From: Guillardia theta CCMP2712
Taxonomy: Eukaryota; Protista; Cryptophyta
Direction of reading: 5' to 3'
Length of the DNA stretch: 64,000 nt
Assembly: GCF_000315625.1 (NCBI RefSeq)
Contig: NW_005434536.1
Location: 1-64,000 of the forward strand
Part shown: piece after piece, positions 10,709 through 19,089 of the stretch
Layout of the letters: every line of letters begins with the position of its first letter
Position numbering within the stretch: the first letter of the stretch is position 1
Program-made: the position numbers and the translations under genes
Notes under the pieces: generated by a model
What the model was told of the DNA's origin: nothing
Seen by the model: only the letters and a program-made list of their open reading frames with translations
The model's database searches: none

Positions 10709-10785
10709 TCATCTCGTTGAGCGTGCGCTCGGGATGTGGACGACGCTGCACACGCTCTGGATAATGATGTTGCAGATATTGTTAA

Positions 10786-12474
10786 TTAAGTATATTGAGC
10801 TGGAATCATAAGTCTTACGGCTTTCGTCTCAAATTGATTTGGGAATGCGGCGTGTAGATTGTTTTTTGTTGGCTCAGATTTACAACAGATAACAAGCAGA
10901 AAGATGCCAATAATTACGGAAAACAGTATGGTGCTGGTAACACAGAAAGCATTTGTTCCAGTATGTTGCGCACTGATTGATTGAACATATCGTATATTGA
11001 TCGGTGCGACCGTTTGATTCGAATTCATATCGCACACCCCAGGAAATGTATCGTTGCAATCCGATGCATTTGTCCACCCACTGCATAGTGAGCATCTATA
11101 TGTTCTGCTGCATGTCTTATTGCTCAAGTTTGTACCAGGACCGCATGATTCTATGTCAGGGTTACATGTCTTGCCGTTTAAAGTGGTACCTTTTCCGCAG
11201 CTCTGGATGACAGACTCACAAGTCTTTCCTAATAAAGCAGTACCTGCTCCGCAGCTCTCGATAGTAGCATTACAGGCACTTCCAACACATTCTCCTGTAG
11301 TAGAATCCAATGTGGTTCCTTCTCCACAGCTCTGGATTGCAGACTCACAGGTTGTTCCTAATAAAGCAGTACCTGCTCCGCAGCTCTGGATCGTAGCATT
11401 ACAGGCACTTCCAGTAGAGTACGTCCCTGGACCATAGCTTATTGATGAAACACATTCTGCTGTAGAAGAATCCAATGTGGTTCCTTCTCCACAGCTCTGG
11501 ATTGCAGACTCACAGGTTGTTCCTAATAAAGCAGTACCTGCTCCGCAGCTCTGGATAGTAGCATTACAGGCACTTCCAGTAGAGTACGTCCCTGGACCAT
11601 AGCTTATTGATGAAACACATTCTGCTGTAGAAGAATCCAATGTGGTTCCTTCTCCACAGCTCTGGATCGTAGCATTACAGGCGCTTCCAGTAGAGTACGT
11701 CCCTGGACCATAGCTTATTGATGAGATACATTCTCCTGAATTTGAATCCAATGTGGTTCCTTCTCCACAGCTCTGGATTGCAGACTCACAGGTTGTTCCT
11801 AATAAAGCAGTACCTGCTCCGCAGCTCTGGATAGTAGCATTACAGGCGCTTCCAGTAGAGTACGTCCCTGGACCATAGCTTATTGATGAAACACATTCTG
11901 CTGTAGAAGAATCCAATGTGGTTCCTTCTCCACAGCTCTGGATTGCAGACTCACAGGTTGTCCCTGATAAAGAAGTACCTGATCCACAGCTCTGGATGGC
12001 AGACTCACAGGTTGTACCTGATAAAGCAGTACCTGCTCCACAGCTCTGGATAGTAGCATTACAGGCACTTCCAGTGGAGTACGTCCCTGGGCCATAGCTT
12101 ATTGACGAGATACATTTTCCTGAATTTGAATCCAATGTGGTTCCTGCTCCACAGCTTACAGACGAAACACATTGTCCTGTAGCAGAATTCAATGTAGTTC
12201 CTGTTGCACAAGAAATAGGCGTACATTGATTGCTAACACATGTAGTATATTGATTTGGACAACATAGAGTTGTTCCGCAAGCCGAGTAACCTGTTACTAT
12301 ATCACAACTTGAATAACATCGAATCAAAATTGGATCACACTTTTGTGAACTTTGACAGCAGGTGTACGAGGAACCGGTTCCACATTGGATATAGTTAACC
12401 GGACATTGACATCTACTTTCTGGTAATATCATGATCAGAATGAGGAGGGAGTAGATGATATGCATTTTATCCAT
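10786..12474 (-). CDS. Type I membrane surface glycoprotein with Cys/Gly/Thr tandem repeats (562 aa)
   Basis: N-terminal signal peptide; ~20 repeats of 18-19 aa; TM segment FCVTSTILFSVIIGIFLLVICC; short tail; TATA box at 12497-12506. Confidence 0.9.
   Translation of the reverse strand: MDKMHIIYSLLILIMILPESRCQCPVNYIQCGTGSSYTCCQSSQKCDPILIRCYSSCDIVTGYSACGTTLCCPNQYTTCVSNQCTPISCATGTTLNSATGQCVSSVSCGAGTTLDSNSGKCISSISYGPGTYSTGSACNATIQSCGAGTALSGTTCESAIQSCGSGTSLSGTTCESAIQSCGEGTTLDSSTAECVSSISYGPGTYSTGSACNATIQSCGAGTALLGTTCESAIQSCGEGTTLDSNSGECISSISYGPGTYSTGSACNATIQSCGEGTTLDSSTAECVSSISYGPGTYSTGSACNATIQSCGAGTALLGTTCESAIQSCGEGTTLDSSTAECVSSISYGPGTYSTGSACNATIQSCGAGTALLGTTCESAIQSCGEGTTLDSTTGECVGSACNATIESCGAGTALLGKTCESVIQSCGKGTTLNGKTCNPDIESCGPGTNLSNKTCSRTYRCSLCSGWTNASDCNDTFPGVCDMNSNQTVAPINIRYVQSISAQHTGTNAFCVTSTILFSVIIGIFLLVICCKSEPTKNNLHAAFPNQFETKAVRLMIPAQYT
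11110..12213 (-). repeat. Intragenic mosaic array of 54/57-bp units
   Basis: Three unit types (SCGAGTALxGTTCESAIQ, SCGEGTTLDSxxxECxSSI, SYGPGTYSTGSACNATIQ), each near-identical at the DNA level. Confidence 0.95.
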
Positions 12475-12496
12475 TTATTGAATATATGCGGGTTTT

Positions 12497-12506
12497 CTTT
12501 ATATAG
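12497..12506 (-). promoter_or_regulatory. TATA box
   Basis: CTATATAAAG on the minus strand, ~25-30 nt upstream of ATG 12474. Confidence 0.6.
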
Positions 12507-12599
12507 ACGAGCCATCAGCGGTGGACTGGCATCACGCGTGTGATAGGTGCCCGCGTCGCAAATGGTCTCCGTCCACGCGCTGGCAAGAAGGGAGGAAGC

Positions 12600-12637
12600 A
12601 ACACAGCAGCCATCCGGTCTCGCCTGCACCCTCTCCA
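12600..12637 (+). repeat. 38-bp direct repeat, copy 2
   Basis: AACACAGCAGCCATCCGGTCTCGCCTGCACCCTCTCCA. Confidence 0.9.
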
Positions 12638-12650
12638 AACTAACTCGATC

Positions 12651-14542
12651 TTACTTACCGCTAGGGGGTAGGTAGACGAAGATGTCGACATTGTGCTTGT
12701 CCATGTAGCGGCAGAGGAGGCGGAGCATGTGTATCGACCTGTAATCGATGCTGTTCTCGTGCGCGTAGTTCTTCATGTCATCCCAGAATGTCTCCTGCTT
12801 GAGAAGGTCCTTCGGGGTGAAGATGAATGGATTCTCGCGCATCTTCGGCTCGACGGAGGAGGCGGGCGGGGCTGGCAGCGCCTCCATTGCGATCTCCGAC
12901 TCGGCAAACAGGAGGGGGTTGCGCACGCAGATGGGCAACTGGTAATTGCTGGCGGTTCTCAAGACCTCCTGTGAGAGGAAGAAGTAGTAGCGGCAGCGGA
13001 CATCGTCAGAGTAAAGCTTGAGCTGTTCCCAGAAATCCTTGTCTGCCTTGAAGTCGTCGAGCTTGTACTTGATGTCATCTTGCCACTCGGAGAAAGAAGT
13101 CAGGTACTTGTCGAGGTCGGTGACGAACTGGAAGTGGGGGTTCCAAATGCACTCGACCTTCCAGTTGATGGCAATCTTGCATACATCGACGATCAGGCGG
13201 AGATGGGCCATTATGGCGCAGGCCTTGCGGCGGATATCAAAGACATGCAGATACAAGATGGAGTTCAATATGTGATCGTCCTGCGTGATGGCGATGGCGG
13301 TGCAGATGGCGATGATGTCCGACTCCGGAAGGTCGCGAACGTTGTGGACAGTGCTTGGGAAGGGGAGAGATTCCTTCTTCATGCTGCGCTCGATGAGGAA
13401 TACGACATGGTCGATGAATTTCTTCATCAGCGAGATGTTCTCGAGTCCCATGAAAGGCTTGGTAAGGTCCTGTGGGACTGCCCTGCGAATGACATCCTTC
13501 GTCTCTCCGTCGCTGATCCCGTCGTCTATGCACTTGTTGCCGTGCATGATGGCCAGGAAATACTCTGTCGGTTCGCGGATGGGGAAGACGCGCTCGACAA
13601 ACGGCTTGGGGCTGAGCAGGTGCTTCTCACTGATCTTCTGTGCGAGGGTGGTGGCAGATTGGAAGCATGCGTTGTACTTGTTCTCGTATGGGATATTCTC
13701 GACCTGGTCATCTCCCAAAGCCTCCATCTGACAGATGCACTCGTGATACTTGGCCGCGTCGTGCCCCCCAAGGATGTCCTCCTTGCTTTCGGTGGAGATG
13801 ATGTGCTGGGGGTAGCCATGCACCTTTCCGTCAAAGTTGATGGACCTCCGGATGATACCAGTGCTTTCGCCATCAAAGTCGGGGTAGAAGATTCCGCGTA
13901 CCTTCCCCGTGAAGAGTATGCCGATGTTGTCATCGTGACGGTAGAAGCTGATCGACTTCTCAATCGGGAGGTCCGAATGCCTGTGCAGGTGAATGACGCG
14001 AACGCTCTCGTACATCATCGTGCCGATAGAGGGTTGGCCGAAGAAGATGCAGGTGAGCTCGCGGCCAATCTCCCCGAATCTGCAGTAGACAAATGGACCA
14101 GCTCGGCGACGTTGCACGCGAAGGAGAATCCCGTGAAGGCAACGGTACCGGCAGGCTGCGCGCGGAGGAAGGAGGAGAGCTCGCCGAGCGCCGGCGATTC
14201 GATGAAGGTGCGGGCCAGCTCCGCGACGGGGGTGTGGACCTTGACGTTGATGCTCTTGTCACTCCACTTGGGCGAGACGGAACCGAGCTGGGTCAGTCCC
14301 CCGCGCTGAAGCATGCTGCGCTCCTCCTCCTCGTCGATGCCGAAGGAAATGACGATGTCACCGGCGGCGGTGCGAGCGGCGAAGGCGGTGACCGGTCCGA
14401 CGGTGAATTCCTGCACGCCGGTGATGGACGAGGGGAGGGGGAACTGGGATCTGTTGTACGAGTGGAGGGCGCAGTGGCCGTAGGCCGCGACCTGCGAATA
14501 GCGCACGATCCATTGATTGTGTGGCAGCGTGGCGGCACACAT
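12651..14542 (-). CDS. Class-3 lipase-like alpha/beta hydrolase with C-terminal helical domain (~630 aa once one frameshift near 14072-14075 is repaired)
   Basis: ORF 14015..14542 supplies VKVH and VAFTGFSFA (GxSxG-like). ORF 12651..14117 supplies FFGQPSIG, HSDLP and HDAAKY, in lipase-3 order. One extra G joins the two. Confidence 0.65.
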
Positions 14543-14863
14543 GGGGGAAAGCTGGGGGTGCGCGAAATTCCCCCCACCCCGCTTTTATTGGGGGGACCGG
14601 GAGGTTCGTGGATGGCTTTAATTGGGGTGGGTGGTATTTATTACCCGTGGTAATTAGGTACAGACAGGGGGTATATTTAATTTAAATCTAAACCCCCTCT
14701 GCAAGGGGTGGGTGGTCGAGTCCTCTTTTTTTTCCTAAATGCGGAAATTGGGATAAAGAGGGGTGGGTGGGTGGTTTCACGGGGTAGTGCCAGGTAATTT
14801 AACGGGTGAGGGTGGTGATAAATGATCCGCTTCGTTGGCGGAGGTGGGGTAGGAGCGGGGTTG

Positions 14864-14870
14864 TATAAAA
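14864..14870 (+). promoter_or_regulatory. TATA box
   Basis: TATAAAA ~36 nt upstream of ATG 14906. Confidence 0.6.
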
Positions 14871-14905
14871 CGGAGAGTGGCTCGGCGGCCCAACACAACA
14901 AGAGG

Positions 14906-15469
14906 ATGCCACGCTCCTTTTGGTTGCCAAAGTCTGACGGTGACGTTCTTTTGCAGAGGCCCACCCTATACAACCTCGATGATGTGCTGAAGAAGCATAT
15001 CGATCCAAGCTCTAGGAACATCAAGAGGTTGGATGAGTTCTTGGTGGACTTCACTGTGCAGATCATTGAGACGGAAAAGTCTGATGACTTTGTGTATGAG
15101 ATGCATGATAATGATGTCTTGTACGTGTCTGCCAGAGTGATCTGGGATGCCCTGTTTCGGTTGTTGAACGAAAGTGATGTCACCTTCATCAACAAACAAG
15201 TGGAGAAGGATGTTCAAGACGCCGAGAAGATCAAGGAGAATGATGGTTGGATCCACTTCTTGATGATATATGGGCACAAGTCACAGGAAAAGTACCTTCC
15301 CCAAGTTTCTCAGTCTTGTGAGTTTCGTCACAAGCTGGCGATGTACAAGCTCAATGAGGAGGCTGCTGAGCTCGAGAACGAGAAGAAGAGGCTTGAGATT
15401 GAGGTGCTGAGGAAGCAGCTTGGAAGGCCATCGAAGCGTGGACGTGAGTCGGATGACGATGATGAGTGA
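14906..15469 (+). CDS. Hypothetical protein with C-terminal coiled coil and basic/acidic tail (187 aa)
   Basis: TATA upstream and AATAAA at 15479-15484; tail ELENEKKRLEIEVLRKQL...KRGR. Confidence 0.8.
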   Translation: MPRSFWLPKSDGDVLLQRPTLYNLDDVLKKHIDPSSRNIKRLDEFLVDFTVQIIETEKSDDFVYEMHDNDVLYVSARVIWDALFRLLNESDVTFINKQVEKDVQDAEKIKENDGWIHFLMIYGHKSQEKYLPQVSQSCEFRHKLAMYKLNEEAAELENEKKRLEIEVLRKQLGRPSKRGRESDDDDE

Positions 15470-15478
15470 CGTGAAAAG

Positions 15479-15484
15479 AATAAA
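15479..15484 (+). terminator. Polyadenylation signal AATAAA
   Basis: Lies 10 nt after stop 15469; one of at least seven AATAAA hexamers at gene ends. Confidence 0.6.
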
Positions 15485-15499
15485 ACAGCGTTTAATGAT

Positions 15500-16048
15500 T
15501 CACAATTCCCTTGCCCTCTCCATGATCTCGTTCAGCGTCCGCCGGGGGATATGAACTGCGCTGCATACCCTTTGAAGGATGATGTTGCAGACCTTGTCCC
15601 TGACATGTGCTTTCATCCCCGTCCTCTCGGACTCCTTGGTGGCCTGGAAGAACTGGAAGATGACTTCGGATGTGTCGAGGTAGATGCGTTGCCCGTCGGG
15701 CTTCAGCGTTGCCATCCCGCCCCCGCCCATCTGCGTTGAAAGCGTCGCCCTGCTGTTCTCCTGCATAAATTGGAGGATTTCAAGAAGCAGGATCTTCTGC
15801 TCTTCCCGCATGCAGAAGAAGGGGAATATCGCCGTGTTGAAACCTTGAAATGGAGCCAGGCCAATCTTGGTGATGCTGATCCTGATTGGGGTAGATAGGA
15901 AAATGCAGATAGTGTGGGTGATCGGGTCTTGAACGTCCGAGGTGCAAGTGTTACACATGTAGACCATCATGTCTCTCAGGTTCTCCCCTTCCAGGAACAG
16001 CTCGATGAAGCGCTGGAAGAGATCCTTTTCCTTGTCTTCTTGCATCAT
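15500..16048 (-). CDS. Hypothetical protein (182 aa)
   Basis: ORF with coding-like composition, convergent on the previous gene. Confidence 0.75.
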   Translation of the reverse strand: MMQEDKEKDLFQRFIELFLEGENLRDMMVYMCNTCTSDVQDPITHTICIFLSTPIRISITKIGLAPFQGFNTAIFPFFCMREEQKILLLEILQFMQENSRATLSTQMGGGGMATLKPDGQRIYLDTSEVIFQFFQATKESERTGMKAHVRDKVCNIILQRVCSAVHIPRRTLNEIMERAREL

Positions 16049-16299
16049 GTGAGTGAGTTTGTTTCAGGCTGATCATTCTGAGATTTTGGTGAAGTTTTTT
16101 TTTCTATTCAAGGTGGGGTGGGGTTATTCCTTTTTTTTCAAGGGTGGGTCTCGTGAGGGGGGCGTTTTTTTTTACAAAAGATCTTACCACCCACCCTTTT
16201 CCCTTCAAATGAAAAAAAAAACGTCGGGGTGGGCTCCACCCCTCTATTTGATCCCAGCCTTTGCCGCCGGAGGCAAAAACCACGACCGATTGCCACGCT

Positions 16300-17019
16300 A
16301 TGTCGTCGAAGGGCCAATCCAAGGGAAAGGCCGCTCCTACTCACCGTGTGCGGACTAAGATGCCGGATGTCTTCGAGTCGCAGGGTGTCATGTTCACTGC
16401 ATTCGAGCAGAGTCAGTACGATGAGACCTTTGATGTTAGCTATGGGTGGGAATTCAAGGACTGGTTCAAGACTGTGACATCGTCTGAAGAGAGTAAGCAG
16501 CACAATCATGTATTCTTTGTGAAGAAGAGTCCGATCACTGAGAAATGCTTTCCCTGCTTTGACATGGTTCCACCTGCTGCTTTCACCCTCAAGCACAACA
16601 TTCAAAAACTTCAGTGCCCTGAAAAATACAAAGAGAAGGAATTCCAAGCCCGTTGTATACTGTGCGGATTGGACGGGGACAGGGCACACAAGGGCTGTTC
16701 TATGGCATTGGTGACTCGGACTCTCACCAGGAAGGACAAATCATTCAGCGTGGAGAGTCTGAAGTATCCTACTGAGATCAAGAAATTCTTCGGTTTCTCT
16801 TTGTGCAGCCCGCATGCCAACCAGCTTGACGACTGTTGTAATGCTGTACTTATCAATATCGTGAAGCAGTGTATGAAGTCACACTCCGATGTTCTGGTCG
16901 ATACCCTCGTCTTTCGCAAACACAACGACGTTTTTGTCAAGGACATACCTAAGCGAACGGTGAAACCTGCGCTTGACTTGGTTAAGGAGAATCCGGAGCT
17001 CATACCTTCCTCATCGGAA

Positions 17020-17055
<36 letters not shown>

Positions 17056-17886
17056 GAGGATGGTGACGAAGGAAGTGATATTTTCTCTGCATTGGTACAG
17101 AAACAGAACAAGCTGAAGGAACAGGACAAGCAGCAGGAAGCTCCCAAGGAGCCCGCTGAAAAGGACAAGCAGCAGGAAGCTCCCAAGGAGCCTGCCAAGA
17201 AGGACAAGCAGCAGGAGCCTCCCAAGGAGCCTGCCAAGAAGGACAAGCAGCAGGAGCCTCCCAAGGAGCCTGCTGAGAAGGACAAGCAGCAGGAAGCTCC
17301 CAAGGAGCTTGCTGAGAAGGACAAGCAGCAGGAGCCTCCCAAGGAGCCTGCCAAGAAGGACAAGCAGCAGGAAGCTCCCAAGGAGCCTGCCAAGAAGGAC
17401 AAGCAGCAGGAGCCTCCCAAGGAGCCTGCCAAGAAGGACAAGCAGCAGGAGCCTCCCAAGGAGCCTGCCAAGAAGGACAAGCAGCAGAAAGCTATTTCAG
17501 AATCTGCCTCGAAGGATGATGAAATTTTCGACAATGCTCTGAATGTCATCATGAGAATGAAAAATAAGCTCAAGGACAATTCTATTGAGCAGGAGAAAGA
17601 GGAACTGATCAAGGAGAGCCGTGAACTGAAGCGCAAACTCGAGCAAGTGACCCAAGAGTACAACAAGCTGCAGAAGGTAACCGACAGTGTGATCAAGAAG
17701 TCGGACGAGATGAACAATTTCCTCCGTGCTAAGTACCGGCAGAGCTTAGAGCAGAACAAGGTAATCGAAGCTGAAAATGTAATGCTCAGGGCTAACCTGG
17801 TACTTTGTGATGAGAAGCTATCCGCTTTCCAGCATGTGGCACATGATCTTGACAAGTTCAGGGATTGCATCAAGCAGTCAAAGTAA
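16300..17886 (+). CDS. Hypothetical protein: Cys/His-rich domain, poly-Asp, 13-aa repeats, C-terminal coiled coil (528 aa)
   Basis: CILCG...HKGC...CSPH; D11 tract; nine DKQQE(A/P)PKEPA(K/E)K units; long heptad region. Confidence 0.85.
17020..17052 (+). repeat. (GAT)11 microsatellite encoding poly-Asp
   Basis: Read directly from the sequence. Confidence 0.95.
17125..17487 (+). repeat. 39-bp coding minisatellite, 9 full copies plus a partial
   Basis: GACAAGCAGCAGGA(A/G)(G/C)CTCCCAAGGAGCCTGCC-type units in tandem. Confidence 0.97.
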
Positions 17887-17976
17887 CTATGTGTGCGTGT
17901 TGTGTATGTACTTACCTTGTGGAGAGGAAGTATAACAGTCGTGATTAAAGCGTACCTTCAAAACACACTACTAGGG

Positions 17977-18654
17977 ATGTGGCCCATCGCCTACGATACC
18001 ATCCTTAATCTCTTCATATCCCGCGAGCGGGAGGAGCGAGAGGAGAGGAGGAGGAGGCAGGAGGAGGAGGCGCGCCAGACCCGTCTCATCTCACCCCTCC
18101 AGCTGCGTATGCAGGCAGTCAGGGGGGTGGAGCAGAGGAGGGAGGAGGGCATAAGGGACATGGATGGCTTCAAGCGAATGCAGATGTGCCGCGACGCGCT
18201 TTCGGCGATCGACCAGAGGGGTTGGAACCGCTCTTACCATCAGCGGGAGTTTCACAACGATTTCCTCCGAGCCTGTGCCCGTGTGTTCTGGAAGACAGAC
18301 CCGCACGGCCAGTTCAGCCGTGATCACCAGAGGATCTTGGAGCTCAACGGATGGGACCACCTCGCGCAGGAGATCCTTGTCAGCACGCCCCGTCGATTCG
18401 GCAAGACCATTTCCGTGAGCATGTTTGCGGCGGCGATGATGTTCTCGGCCCCTGGGGTGGAGGTGTCGATATACTCGACCTGTAAGCGCATCTCGCAAAA
18501 ACTCCTCCGCAACATACAGAAGTTCCTTTACATCATATACGAGCAGATGGGGGTACAGGCTTACAAGGTGATCCGTATGAACATGGAAGAGGTCGTTGTC
18601 CAGGGTCCTGAAAGCAGGCAGGATGTCAGGATTGTCAACTCCTATCCTTCCAAG
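17977..18654 (+). CDS. DNA-packaging terminase ATPase subunit, N-terminal part (putative exon 1, 226 aa)
   Basis: Q-motif RSYHQ; Walker A LVSTPRRFGKT (STPRRFGKT at 18382-18408; compare herpesvirus VPRRHGKT); motif IYSTCKRIS; ends IVNSYPSK at AAG|GTGATA. Walker B and the nuclease domain are missing. Confidence 0.85.
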
Positions 18655-18739
18655 GTGATACCCGCATGCCGCGCTTGTCTTGTACTTGTTACTGACCCAC
18701 CCGGAGCGGACGCGATCCGGTGTTGACTGACACTGGCAG
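18655..18739 (+). other. Predicted spliceosomal intron (85 nt), or the 5' part of a much longer intron
   Basis: Donor AAG|GTGATA; two ACTGAC branch-like motifs (18691, 18726); acceptor ...CACTGGCAG. Confidence 0.55.
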
Positions 18740-18858
18740 GTCGCTTACAACTTCAAAATTTATCGAAGAGGTGAAAAATTTCGAGTTTTACCTGAAATTA
18801 TTCGGGTGTTGAAATCTTTTTAAATTTCGATCAATTTTTTGAAATTTGTTTTTTTTTG

Positions 18859-18884
18859 GAAAGGCCACGGGGCCGTGGCTTTTC
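18859..18884 (+). other. Stem-loop flanked by T-runs
   Basis: GAAAGGCCACG-GGGC-CGTGGCTTTTC: 11-bp stem with one G-U pair. Confidence 0.55.
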
Positions 18885-19089
18885 AAGAACTTTTTTTTTA
18901 TTTCCCCTACCCCCACCCATAATTTCCCAATCGGGGGAGACTGGAAATGGGGGTGGTAATTGACTCTCCGCGGTATTTATTGGGGGCAGGGCGGTGAGTG
19001 GATTTTCAGAATTGCGCCGTCCGATGCTGCCACGCGCTCCGGATGGTAAGGCGGGTGGGTGTTACGCTGAGGTGAGCCTGCGCTTTAGT

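Noticed and set aside
17125-17487. 39-bp repeats as a CRISPR-like array
   Set aside because: They are contiguous in-frame coding repeats without spacers.
16611-17873. 420-aa antisense ORF with CCLSFLAGSLGG repeats
   Set aside because: It is the mirror of the repeat-containing plus-strand gene.
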